DNA of 32,000 nt from Erysipelotrichaceae bacterium. GTDB taxonomy: Bacteria; Bacillota_I; Bacilli_A; Erysipelotrichales; Coprobacillaceae. Positions 19,959 through 29,058 of the stretch are shown here, in pieces. Every line of letters starts with the position of its first letter. The stretch's first letter is position 1. The position numbers and the translations under genes are program-made. The notes below the pieces were generated by a model. That model did not search any database. It was not told the origin of the DNA and was given only the letters and a program-made list of their open reading frames with translations. The stretch covers positions 10,838-42,837 of the forward strand of contig JAQVDW010000015.1 in the NCBI GenBank assembly GCA_028698185.1, read 5' to 3'.

Positions 19959-20534
19959 TTATTTGATAATAGTTCCTTGCGAAGTCAGCACCCCACCGGC
20001 TGCATTGCATTCGTCAGTATCGATATGCATGAATGTCGCAAATTTGTCGCTTACGCGGATCACCACATCACCGAAAATGATGGCGCGTCCTTCGTTGTTG
20101 ATTTCAACTTTAACCGTTTGTTTGTCGGCAACCCCGAATGTGGCCGCATCTTCAGGAGTCATGTGGACATGACGTTTTGCAGCGATGACACCTTCAGAGA
20201 TTTCGATTTCACCTTTTGGTCCTACCAGTTTGCATCCTGGAGTACCGGCGATATCTCCTGACTCTCTGATTGGAGCGATGATTCCGATGCCACGGGCGTC
20301 AGTCAGTGACAATTCAACTTGGGTGCTATTGCGGGTAGGTCCTAAGATGATGACATTTTCAAGCTGGCGTTTAGGTCCTACAACGGTAACTCGTTCCTCA
20401 CAGGCATATTGACCTGGTTGACTCAAAGCCTTTTTCTCGCATAATTGGTAACCTTCACCAAACAATTTTTCCAAATCGGCCTGGCTTAAATGCACGTGGC
20501 GGGCCGATGTTTCAACAGTAATCTTTTTATCCAT
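19959..20534 (-). CDS. pduL: phosphate propanoyl/acetyl-transferase PduL
   Basis: 191 aa. Duplicated PduL repeat with SARHVHLS and AKRHVHMTPEDA, plus QPGQYACEERVTVVGPK, LGPTR..TQVELS.TDAR.IGI and HIDTDECNAAG. GGAG SD in aaaaggagattatc before the ATG. Confidence 0.9.
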   Translation of the reverse strand: MDKKITVETSARHVHLSQADLEKLFGEGYQLCEKKALSQPGQYACEERVTVVGPKRQLENVIILGPTRNSTQVELSLTDARGIGIIAPIRESGDIAGTPGCKLVGPKGEIEISEGVIAAKRHVHMTPEDAATFGVADKQTVKVEINNEGRAIIFGDVVIRVSDKFATFMHIDTDECNAAGGVLTSQGTIIK

Positions 20535-20556
20535 GATAATCTCCTTTTCATCAACT

Positions 20557-20585
20557 ATAATACTCTTTTTTTATTGGATTTTCAA
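20557..20585 (-). promoter_or_regulatory. candidate proximal sigma-A promoter of pduL (minus strand)
   Basis: The minus strand reads TTGAAA (plus 20580-20585), a 17-nt spacer, then TATTAT (plus 20557-20562). Confidence 0.5.
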
Positions 20586-20629
20586 CTTTTTTGAAACTTA
20601 GGAAATTATTTGCGTAAAATCAAAGCAAG

Positions 20630-20659
20630 ATTGTATGCAAATTACATGTAATATACAAA
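20630..20659. promoter_or_regulatory. palindromic element in the pduL/gltB intergenic region: candidate operator and/or overlapping divergent promoters
   Basis: Perfect 12-bp palindrome ATTACATGTAAT (20641-20652), flanked by the inverted hexamers TTGTAT (20631-20636) and ATACAA (20653-20658). Plus strand reads TTGTAT-17 nt-TACAAA. Minus strand reads TTGTAT-17 nt-TACAAT. Confidence 0.4.
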
Positions 20660-20704
20660 TAAAATGTAGTTTTTTTTGAAATATTCTAAATAGTGTATTA
20701 TTTC

Positions 20705-20733
20705 TTTACAATTATCATTAAATATAGTAAACT
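20705..20733 (+). promoter_or_regulatory. candidate proximal promoter of gltBD
   Basis: TTTACA (20705-20710), a 17-nt spacer, then TAAACT (20728-20733). AAGAGGAGG SD before ATG 20765. The hexamers are only moderate matches. Confidence 0.35.
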
Positions 20734-20764
20734 GTTCGTACCTAATTAAGAGGAGGTTTATCAA

Positions 20765-23700
20765 ATGGAAAATTCTTTATACGATCCCAGCTTTGAACAT
20801 GACAATTGCGGGATAGGCGCAGTCGTAAATATCAAAGGTGTTAAGACTCATAAGACAGTCAGCGACGCCTTGACAATCGTTGAACAATTAGAGCATCGTG
20901 CCGGAAAAGATGCCGATGGCAAAACTGGTGATGGAGTCGGAATTTTAACCCAGATCCCCCATGAATATTTTGCCAACCTGGACTTGGGTTTCAAGTTGCC
21001 TGATGAAGGTGAATATGGTGTGGCAATGTTATTTTTACCTCAAGAAAGTCTGATCCGCAACCGCGTAATCAAACATTTCGAGATGGTTGTAGAAAATGAA
21101 AAATTGGAAATTTTAGGTTGGCGTGACGCCCCAACGGCACCTAAAGTTCTAGGTCGGAAAGCTTTGGAAGCAATGCCTTACATTGCCCAATGTTTCGTAG
21201 CGAAACCAAAGCAACTTCAAAAAGGTCTTGATTTCGACCGCCGTTTATACGAAGTAAGACGTCTGTTTGAACACAGCGCTTTTGATGATACCTATATTTG
21301 CTCATTCTCATCAAGGACTATCGTATACAAAGGAATGTTCCTGGTAGGACAATTGCGTTCATTCTTCAAGGATTTGCAATCGAAACAATATAAGAGTGCG
21401 GTCGCTTTGGTCCACTCACGTTTCTCTACCAACACTAATCCTTCATGGAAAAGAGCCCATCCTAACCGTATTATTGTCCATAATGGTGAGATCAATACAA
21501 TCAAGGGTAATGCCAACAATATGTTCTCTCGTGAAGAAAACATGGCGACCACCAATGTTGACACAAACAAGGTATATCCTGTAGTTGACCTTTCTGGTTC
21601 GGATTCGGCCCGGTTGGATAACACACTTGAATTCCTGGTGATGGCTGGAATGCCTTTGCCTCGTGCTGTCATGATGACGATTCCAGAACCTCATGAAAAC
21701 AATAAAGCAATGGACCCGAAAAAACGGGCTATGTACGAATATCATGCGACAATCATGGAACCTTGGGATGGTCCGGCGTCGATTCTTTTCAGTGACGGCG
21801 AAGTCATGGGTGCGATTCTAGATAGAAACGGGCTACGTCCTTCACGTTACTACATCACTAAAGACGGATATCTTGTCCTTTCTTCTGAAGTTGGAGCATT
21901 GTCAATCGATGAAAAAGACGTAGAACTCAAAGACCGTCTGCGTCCAGGTAAGATGTTGCTTGTCGACACAGTTGCCGGACGTCTGATTTCCGATGACGAA
22001 ATCAAGAGCGAATACGCAGCCAAAGCTCCTTATGGAGAATGGTTGGAAAGACAACTTGTCAAATTGGAAGATCTAAAGATTCCAAACAAAAAACCTGAAA
22101 GCTATACTGGTGACGATCTCAAACGCCGCCAAAAAGTGTTCGGATATTCTTATGAAGATGTAAATGACTACATCAGACCGGTTGCTCTTAGCGCCAACGA
22201 AACGGTAATTGCGATGGGGACGGATGCGCCTTTGGCCGTGTTCTCTAAAAAACACCCACCGCTGTTCAACTACTTCAAGCAGCTGTTCGCTCAAGTAACA
22301 AACCCTCCGATTGATGCAATCAGGGAAGAAATCGTTACTTCTTCAACCCTTTATCTGGGATGTGAAGGGAACATGCTTGAAGACAAGGCTGAAAACTGCC
22401 GTCTGTTGAAAATCCACAATCCGATTCTTTCGAACGTCGACATGCTCAAAATCCGCGGCTTCAACAAGAGCGGGTTCAAAGTGGAGACAGTTACTACCAC
22501 GTATATAAAGAATACAAGTCTTGAACAAGCAATTGAAAAAGTTTGCAACCTGGTTGATAAAGCATACCACAAAGGTGCCAACATTATCATCTTGTCTGAC
22601 CGCGAAATTGACGAATACCATATGCCGATTCCATCGTTATTGATCACGGCAGCGGTCAACCAGCATCTGGTCAACACGAAAAAACGCAATTCGGTTGCCT
22701 TGGTCGTTGAATCCGGAGAACCTCGTGAAGTTCACCATTTCGCGACATTGTTGGGATATGGGGCAAGCGCAATCAACCCTTACCTGGCACAAGACACAAT
22801 CACCGAAATGGTCAACGAAGGTACAATTGACAAAGATGCGACTGCGGCGATTGAAGACTACAATGATGCGATCATCCATGGTATCATCAAGATCGCTTCA
22901 AAAATGGGAATCTCGACCATCCAGTCTTACCGTGGTTCTCAAAACTTCGAAGCTATCGGTCTGTCATCATCTTTGATCAACAAGTACTTCAAAGGGACGG
23001 TCAGCCGGGTCGAAGGTAACGATATCGAAGACATCGAAAAGGATGTCGAATACCGTCACAACAAAGTATATGATCCATTGGGACTGGCTGTGGATGCATC
23101 TCTTGACAGCAGCGGGGAACTTAACGAACGCGCTGGAAAAGAAATCCACCTTTACAAACCGGAAACAATCTATCTGCTCCAACAGGCAACTAGAACTGGT
23201 GACTACAACTTGTTCAAACAATATGCGAACCTTATCAACAAAGAAGGGGAAAGTCTGAATCTTAGAGGACAATTACGCTTCAAGAAGACCGAAGCGATAT
23301 CAATCGACGAAGTTGAACCGGTTGATTCAATCGTCACCCGTTTCAAAACCGGAGCGATGTCTTACGGATCGATTTCAAAAGAAGCCCATGAGTGCATGGC
23401 GATTGCTATGAACCGTCTCAAAGGACGCTCGAACTCAGGTGAAGGTGGCGAAGATGAAGAAAGATTCACACCACTTCCAAACGGGGACAGCCGTTGTTCG
23501 GCAATCAAACAGGTCGCTTCGGGACGTTTCGGGGTAACTTCGAAATACCTGAACTCAGCCCAAGAAATCCAAATCAAAATGGCTCAAGGAGCTAAACCTG
23601 GTGAAGGTGGACAACTTCCAGCGATGAAAGTTTACCCATGGGTTGCCAAAACCCGTCACTCTACTCCAGGGGTTGACTTGATTTCACCGCCGCCACATCA

Positions 23701-25267
23701 TGACATCTATTCGATCGAAGATTTGGCCCAACTTATCTATGACTTGAAAAATGCGAATACCCAAGCAAGAATCTCAGTCAAGCTGGTTTCTGAGGCTGGT
23801 GTAGGAACTATCGCGGCCGGTGTGGCAAAAGCCGGAGCTGAAGTGATCCTGATTTCAGGGTACGATGGCGGAACTGGTGCGGCACCTAAAAACTCGGTGT
23901 TCAATGCCGGATTGCCATGGGAATTGGGGCTTGTTGAAGCACACCAAAACCTGATTGAAAACGACTTGAGAAAACGTGTCATCATCGAAACTGACGGAAA
24001 ACTTATGACCGGTCGCGACTTGGCGATAGCCGCCTTGTTGGGAGCTCAGGAATACGGATTTGCGACAGTTCCATTGATCACAATGGGATGTATCATGATG
24101 CGTGTTTGTAACCTGGATACCTGCCCGGTTGGGGTTGCCACGCAAAATCCGGAACTTAGAAAACGTTTCACCGGTAAACCGGAATACGTGGAAAACTTCA
24201 TGCGTTTTGTCGCTCAAGACATGCGTGAAGTCATGGCTGAATTGGGATTTAGAACAATCGATGAAATGGTTGGTCGTGTCGACTTGCTTGAAGCTAGCGA
24301 GGACTGCCCAATCGATCTTGCAAGAGTGTTGAACCCTGAATTCGCGAAAGCTGAAAACCTTAAATTCGATCCGAAAATGGTATATGACTTCAAACTTGAC
24401 GAAGTAAAAGACAACACCGTTTTGATGAAGAAATTCAAGTTGGACAACAAAGCTCAAGCACAAACTTTGGAAATGGATGTCAACAACCTTGACCGAAGCT
24501 TCGGTACGATTTTCGGTTCTCAACTGACTAAGAAATATGGCGAAACATTGGCTGACGACACATTTGTCATCAAGGCAAAAGGTTCGGTAGGACAATCTTG
24601 TGGGGCCTTCATTCCTAAGGGTCTGACAATCGCAATCACTGGAGATACCAACGATTATTTAGGTAAGGGTCTTTCAGGCGGAAAAATCATTGTCAAGACT
24701 CCCGCTGAAGCGACTTTCAAAGCTGAAGAAAACATCATCATCGGTAACGTATGCTTCTTTGGTGCGACATCAGGCGAAGCCTATGTCAACGGTGTGGCTG
24801 GAGAACGTTTCTGCGTCCGTAACTCTGGAGTCCATGCAGTTGTCGAAGGTGTCGGAGATCATGGATGTGAATACATGACCGGTGGTCTGGTGGCTGTTTT
24901 AGGTAAGACCGGACGCAACTTCGCTGCAGGTATGTCAGGCGGAATTGCTTACGTATATGACCAGGACAACACATTCTATCAAAATGTCAACCCGGCATTG
25001 GTATCATATGACCCTGTGTCATCCAAATATGACAAAGAACAGCTTAAGACATTAATTGAAAAGCATTACGAGGCAACAGGTTCTAAAGTTGCCAAAGATA
25101 TACTAGATGATTTCGAAAATCAAGCAGGCAAATTCAAGAAAGTAATCCCTGGAGTGTACCAGAAGATGGTTGAACTGATCAAAAAGTATGAACACCTGGG
25201 ATTGACTGGAGAACAAGCACGCATTGAAGCTTTCAATGAAGTTAAGAAAGGAGTTAATAATGGGTAA
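20765..25267 (+). CDS. gltB: glutamate synthase large subunit
   Basis: 1500 aa. Ntn-amidotransferase start FEHDNCGIGAV (short propeptide before the Cys), HSRFSTNT, an FMN/3Fe-4S central region, and the C-terminal GXGXXG-repeat beta-helix domain (GDHGCEYMTGG). Confidence 0.96.
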   Translation: MENSLYDPSFEHDNCGIGAVVNIKGVKTHKTVSDALTIVEQLEHRAGKDADGKTGDGVGILTQIPHEYFANLDLGFKLPDEGEYGVAMLFLPQESLIRNRVIKHFEMVVENEKLEILGWRDAPTAPKVLGRKALEAMPYIAQCFVAKPKQLQKGLDFDRRLYEVRRLFEHSAFDDTYICSFSSRTIVYKGMFLVGQLRSFFKDLQSKQYKSAVALVHSRFSTNTNPSWKRAHPNRIIVHNGEINTIKGNANNMFSREENMATTNVDTNKVYPVVDLSGSDSARLDNTLEFLVMAGMPLPRAVMMTIPEPHENNKAMDPKKRAMYEYHATIMEPWDGPASILFSDGEVMGAILDRNGLRPSRYYITKDGYLVLSSEVGALSIDEKDVELKDRLRPGKMLLVDTVAGRLISDDEIKSEYAAKAPYGEWLERQLVKLEDLKIPNKKPESYTGDDLKRRQKVFGYSYEDVNDYIRPVALSANETVIAMGTDAPLAVFSKKHPPLFNYFKQLFAQVTNPPIDAIREEIVTSSTLYLGCEGNMLEDKAENCRLLKIHNPILSNVDMLKIRGFNKSGFKVETVTTTYIKNTSLEQAIEKVCNLVDKAYHKGANIIILSDREIDEYHMPIPSLLITAAVNQHLVNTKKRNSVALVVESGEPREVHHFATLLGYGASAINPYLAQDTITEMVNEGTIDKDATAAIEDYNDAIIHGIIKIASKMGISTIQSYRGSQNFEAIGLSSSLINKYFKGTVSRVEGNDIEDIEKDVEYRHNKVYDPLGLAVDASLDSSGELNERAGKEIHLYKPETIYLLQQATRTGDYNLFKQYANLINKEGESLNLRGQLRFKKTEAISIDEVEPVDSIVTRFKTGAMSYGSISKEAHECMAIAMNRLKGRSNSGEGGEDEERFTPLPNGDSRCSAIKQVASGRFGVTSKYLNSAQEIQIKMAQGAKPGEGGQLPAMKVYPWVAKTRHSTPGVDLISPPPHHDIYSIEDLAQLIYDLKNANTQARISVKLVSEAGVGTIAAGVAKAGAEVILISGYDGGTGAAPKNSVFNAGLPWELGLVEAHQNLIENDLRKRVIIETDGKLMTGRDLAIAALLGAQEYGFATVPLITMGCIMMRVCNLDTCPVGVATQNPELRKRFTGKPEYVENFMRFVAQDMREVMAELGFRTIDEMVGRVDLLEASEDCPIDLARVLNPEFAKAENLKFDPKMVYDFKLDEVKDNTVLMKKFKLDNKAQAQTLEMDVNNLDRSFGTIFGSQLTKKYGETLADDTFVIKAKGSVGQSCGAFIPKGLTIAITGDTNDYLGKGLSGGKIIVKTPAEATFKAEENIIIGNVCFFGATSGEAYVNGVAGERFCVRNSGVHAVVEGVGDHGCEYMTGGLVAVLGKTGRNFAAGMSGGIAYVYDQDNTFYQNVNPALVSYDPVSSKYDKEQLKTLIEKHYEATGSKVAKDILDDFENQAGKFKKVIPGVYQKMVELIKKYEHLGLTGEQARIEAFNEVKKGVNNG

Positions 25268-26738
25268 ACCAACTGGTTTTATGGACTATGAGCGCCTGGA
25301 CTCAAGTGCGCAAGATCCAAAAGAAAGAATCAAACACTACAACGAATTCCATGAACCGTTGTCTCAAGAAGAGCAAGCTCTTCAAGGGGCGCGGTGTATG
25401 GATTGCGGAATTCCATTCTGTCAGTCGGGAGCGTTGATCAACGGCATCACTATCGGGTGCCCGTTGAACAATCTGATTCCTGAATGGAATGATGCGGTAT
25501 ACCATAACAACTATCCAAAAGCTCTGGAACGTCTGTTGAAAACAAGCAATTTCCCCGAGTTCACGGCAAGGGTATGCCCGGCTTTATGTGAAGCGGCATG
25601 CACCTGCAGTCTTAACGGCGATGCTGTTTCAATCAAGGAAAACGAATTCGCGATCATCGAGTACGGATTCGAAAACGGCCTGGTCAAACCTCAGATTCCT
25701 GAAACCCGCATCGACAAGAAGATCGCGGTTATCGGTTCCGGTCCGGCAGGTCTGGCCGTTGCCGATACTCTTAACAAGCGTGGGTACCAGGTTACGGTCT
25801 TTGAAAAGGCTGACCGCGTAGGTGGGCTGATGATGTATGGAATCCCGAACATGAAACTGGAAAAACATATTATCGACCGTCGTATCAACCTGATGAAAAC
25901 CGAAGGGGTTGAATTCCTGGTGAACACTCCAGTCAACTCAAAAGCCCAAGCCAAAGAGATCATGAACAAGTTTGACCGCGTGGTTCTAGCTACCGGGGCA
26001 AGCACAGCTCGTGATATCAATGTTCCAAACCGTAACGGGAAGAACATCTTTATGGCTATGGAATATCTTACAAGCGTGACCAAATCACTGCTTGACAGCA
26101 ACTTTGCCGACAAGAAATTCATCGATGCCAAAGGCAAAGATGTAATCGTAATCGGTGGGGGAGACACCGGTAATGATTGTGTGGGAACCGCAATCCGTCA
26201 GGGATGCAAATCAGTGGTTCAGCTCGAAATGATGCCAGAACCGCCGTTGACACGTGCCCAAAACAATCCATGGCCGGAATGGCCACGGGTGAAAAAAACC
26301 GATTATGGCCAAGAAGAAGCTATTTCCGTATTCGGCCACGATCCACGCCTTTTCCAAACTACTGTTGAGGAGTTTGTCCTTGACAAAGATGGGAATGTGG
26401 CTGGCGTGAAAACAGTCAAACTTAAGTTCGATGTTGTCGATGGCAAAAGTACAATGAATAAAGTCGCAGGCAGCGAAGAAGTGTTGCCAGCTCAGCTTGT
26501 ATTGATTGCAGCGGGATTTGTAGGTTGCGACGACAAACTTGCCGGTTACTTCAATGTCGAGATGACTGAAAGATGCAACGTCCGTGCCGACGAGAATTTC
26601 CGTACAAGCAACGAGAAAATCTATGTTGCCGGGGATATGCGTCGCGGCCAATCGTTGATCGTCTATGCGATGAATGAAGGTCGTCTTGCAGCCAAAGCGA
26701 TTGACAAAGATTTCATGGGCTATACCAATATCGAATAG
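25260..26738 (+). CDS. gltD: glutamate synthase small subunit (NAD(P)H-dependent)
   Basis: AAAGGAG at 25247-25253, then ATG 25260 (MGKPTGFMDYER). The ORF-track start 25224 is inside gltB. Cys clusters CMDCGIPFCQ and CPALCEAACT. Dinucleotide fold IAVIGSGPAGLAVAD. Overlaps gltB by 8 nt. 492 aa. Confidence 0.95.
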   Translation: MGKPTGFMDYERLDSSAQDPKERIKHYNEFHEPLSQEEQALQGARCMDCGIPFCQSGALINGITIGCPLNNLIPEWNDAVYHNNYPKALERLLKTSNFPEFTARVCPALCEAACTCSLNGDAVSIKENEFAIIEYGFENGLVKPQIPETRIDKKIAVIGSGPAGLAVADTLNKRGYQVTVFEKADRVGGLMMYGIPNMKLEKHIIDRRINLMKTEGVEFLVNTPVNSKAQAKEIMNKFDRVVLATGASTARDINVPNRNGKNIFMAMEYLTSVTKSLLDSNFADKKFIDAKGKDVIVIGGGDTGNDCVGTAIRQGCKSVVQLEMMPEPPLTRAQNNPWPEWPRVKKTDYGQEEAISVFGHDPRLFQTTVEEFVLDKDGNVAGVKTVKLKFDVVDGKSTMNKVAGSEEVLPAQLVLIAAGFVGCDDKLAGYFNVEMTERCNVRADENFRTSNEKIYVAGDMRRGQSLIVYAMNEGRLAAKAIDKDFMGYTNIE

Positions 26739-26752
26739 CTAAGCTAAAGCAT

Positions 26753-26789
26753 CTTGAGAGTTTCCTGGAAACTCCTCAAGGTGTTTTTT
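26753..26789 (+). terminator. intrinsic terminator of gltBD
   Basis: Long hairpin CTTGAGAGTTTCC / GGAAACTCCTCAAG (one bulged C), followed by GTGTTTTTTG. Confidence 0.75.
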
Positions 26790-26792
26790 GTG

Positions 26793-26821
26793 TTTAATTA
26801 AGGTTCGAAATTTGGTATAAT
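26793..26821 (+). promoter_or_regulatory. candidate extended -10 promoter of cdaA-cdaR-glmM
   Basis: TGgTATAAT at 26813-26821. Weak -35 (TTTAAT, 26793-26798). Confidence 0.4.
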
Positions 26822-26843
26822 TACCCTGAAAGTGGTGATGAAT

Positions 26844-27650
26844 ATGTCAATATCACAGATAGTGATGGTTTTAATCAATATAGTTCGGGTTTTGCTTGAT
26901 TTTGTCCTGGTCTGGTTCGTCCTGAACCGGCTGATGATTGCCTTTTCGCAGAACATGCGGACCCTCCAGCTATTCAAAGGAGTCTTGATGGTCTTTATCG
27001 TCAAGCTTTTTACGAGCATCTTCGGGTTGGCGACACTGGACACTCTGGTGAATATCCTGCTGGCTTCGGGGATCATAATCGCGATCATCATCTTCCAGCC
27101 GGAAATCCGTTCCCTGCTTGAAAAGATCGGGCAGACCCGCCAGGAAAACAAGCTGTCGGATCTCTCGGAAATCCAGAAGCAGTTCATCCTCGATGAGCTG
27201 TGCACGACCATAACCAACCTGGCGGCGTCCCAAACCGGAGCCTTGATCACGTTTGAGCGGACCAATTCCCTGATCGATTATATCCAGACCGGGACCGAAG
27301 TCAACGCCTCGATCAAGAGCGAACTGCTTGAGACGATTTTTTACGACGGAACTCCGCTCCATGACGGGGCGGTGATCATCAAGGGGGACAAGATAGCGGC
27401 CGCGTCGGCCTTCTTCCCTTCGACCCAGAAAGAACTCAGCCCGATCTACGGGGCCCGCCACCGGGCGGCCATCGGGATCAGCGAAATCACCGATTCGCTG
27501 ACGGTTGTCGTTTCGGAGGAAACCGGGACGATCTCATTTGCGCTCAACGGCGAACTGATCAAGATATCCCGGCCGGAGCTCAAATCCAAGCTGATGCAGG
27601 AACTCGTCTGGTTTGACGATTCTAAGAAGGATGGTGATCTTGATGCCTAA
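26844..27650 (+). CDS. cdaA: diadenylate cyclase CdaA (membrane-anchored DAC domain)
   Basis: Three N-terminal hydrophobic helices, then the DAC motifs IIIFQPEIR, HDGAVII, GARHRAAIGISE and VVVSEETGTIS. In-frame GTG 26832 and ATG 26838 are possible starts, but SD spacing (GGTGA at 26834-26838) favours ATG 26844. Confidence 0.92.
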   Translation: MSISQIVMVLINIVRVLLDFVLVWFVLNRLMIAFSQNMRTLQLFKGVLMVFIVKLFTSIFGLATLDTLVNILLASGIIIAIIIFQPEIRSLLEKIGQTRQENKLSDLSEIQKQFILDELCTTITNLAASQTGALITFERTNSLIDYIQTGTEVNASIKSELLETIFYDGTPLHDGAVIIKGDKIAAASAFFPSTQKELSPIYGARHRAAIGISEITDSLTVVVSEETGTISFALNGELIKISRPELKSKLMQELVWFDDSKKDGDLDA

Positions 27651-29043
27651 AAAAAGAGACGAACACAAGACGTCGACGACCGAAAATTTCCTGAAGGAAA
27701 TATCGAAAAAAAGGGAGCGGCAGGAGCAGGCGACCAAAGCCAAAGAGAATTATCAAAGCTATGTGAATTATACGACCAGGGTCCGCAACTTCGGCAACAT
27801 GATCATCAATTCGCTTAACAGCTTTTTTGACCGGACTCTTTCGTCATTGAATTCGGTGCGGGTGCTGTCGTTCATTTTTGCGGCGATGCTCGTGTTTTAT
27901 GTCAACGGTGGCGACTTCTCGTCGATCCTGCGCACGCCGACAAGCGGAGAATTCCTGAACTCGGTGCCATTGGAGATCGAAGGTCTTTCCAATGACCTGG
28001 TTTGTCTTGGCGCACCGGATACGGTCACAATCGGACTCATCGGTCCTTCGCTGGACATCTATTCGACCAAGCTGTCGAAGGATTACAGTGCCTATATCGA
28101 TCTGACCAATGCGACTGTGGGGGAATCGACAATGGAGCTCAAAGCCAGCGGCTTCCCTTCCGATTTGCAGGTGCTTATCGTCCCGCAAACCGTGAAAGTC
28201 ACCATTGCCCAGAAGGTCACCAAAACATATAATCTTGGTTATGAGTTCATCAACCGCAACAACATCAACGCCGATCTGTCGGTGGCCGTCGAATCGATGG
28301 AACATGACCAGGTCGAAGTCAGCGGGGCCCAAAGCCAGCTTGACCTGATCAACTCGGTCAAGGTGCAGGTGGATGTGGCCAACCAGACGGAAAACTTCAC
28401 CCAGAACGGCAAAGTTGTCGCATACGACCGCAGCGGCAATCCGCTCGATGTGACCATCACGCCAAATACGGTCAATGTGTCATGTTCGGTGAGCGATTAT
28501 TCCAAAGAAGTCAAGGTGGTGCCGACCTATTCCGGCCAACTAGCCAGCGGCTATGCCATCTCCGAAGCGAACTTCTCGGACACCGTGGTGAAACTGTATG
28601 GCAAGGAAGAAGACCTGGCTTCGATCGAATCGGTATCCGTAACCTTGGATATCTCGGATCTGAGCCAAAGCAAGTCATTTGAAGACGCCAAGTTGAACAT
28701 TCCAAATGTCGTCTACAAGACTTCGATAACTACCGTCGACGTGGACCTTATTATCGAGGAGAACTCGTCGACCAAGATCATCAGCGATATCCCGATTGTC
28801 GTCGCGAACAACACCAAGTCCTATAACGTGGCCTTCAATTCCAACCAGGACGTGGCGTCAATCAAGGTGACCGGGCCGGCTTCGAAAGTCGCGGCCCTGA
28901 CCGGCGGGGACATCAAGGCATCAATCGATATGACCAATGTTTCGATAGGGACAACCGTTGTTCCGGTCAAAATTGAATTGGATGACACCTACACTTACGA
29001 GTTCGTGTCATTATCGGAAGTAGAAATAGCAGTAAGCCAATAA
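27643..29043 (+). CDS. cdaR: CdaA regulatory protein CdaR (YbbR-domain protein)
   Basis: Lies between cdaA and glmM. Single TM (VRVLSFIFAAMLVFYV), then a long Val/Thr/Ser-rich beta-type ectodomain consistent with tandem YbbR repeats. ATG 27643 overlaps the cdaA stop by 8 nt and has the best SD spacing; the ORF track starts at 27613. Confidence 0.85.
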   Translation: MPKKRDEHKTSTTENFLKEISKKRERQEQATKAKENYQSYVNYTTRVRNFGNMIINSLNSFFDRTLSSLNSVRVLSFIFAAMLVFYVNGGDFSSILRTPTSGEFLNSVPLEIEGLSNDLVCLGAPDTVTIGLIGPSLDIYSTKLSKDYSAYIDLTNATVGESTMELKASGFPSDLQVLIVPQTVKVTIAQKVTKTYNLGYEFINRNNINADLSVAVESMEHDQVEVSGAQSQLDLINSVKVQVDVANQTENFTQNGKVVAYDRSGNPLDVTITPNTVNVSCSVSDYSKEVKVVPTYSGQLASGYAISEANFSDTVVKLYGKEEDLASIESVSVTLDISDLSQSKSFEDAKLNIPNVVYKTSITTVDVDLIIEENSSTKIISDIPIVVANNTKSYNVAFNSNQDVASIKVTGPASKVAALTGGDIKASIDMTNVSIGTTVVPVKIELDDTYTYEFVSLSEVEIAVSQ

Positions 29044-29058
29044 ACTAAGGAGAATTTT

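Noticed and set aside
20635-20679. 14-codon ORF (MQITCNIQIKCSFF) in the pduL/gltB spacer, as a possible leader peptide.
   Set aside because: It has no SD and no following attenuator hairpin. It is most simply a by-product of the palindrome sequence.
20586-20764. Search for TnrA/GlnR boxes (TGTNA-N7-TNACA) or GltC-type boxes upstream of gltB, and for a cre site upstream of the GH1 gene (16040-16070).
   Set aside because: The closest candidates have the wrong half-site spacing (TGT-N9-ACA rather than TGT-N11-ACA) or fail at several conserved cre positions. I cannot support either call by eye.
23855-24595. 246-aa antisense ORF inside gltB, plus many 60-190-aa antisense or off-frame ORFs inside rplN, secY, ecfA1/2, ecfT, the hydrolase, GH1, gltD, cdaA and cdaR.
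   Set aside because: All are embedded in confidently identified genes and lack start signals and recognisable motifs. They are shadow ORFs.
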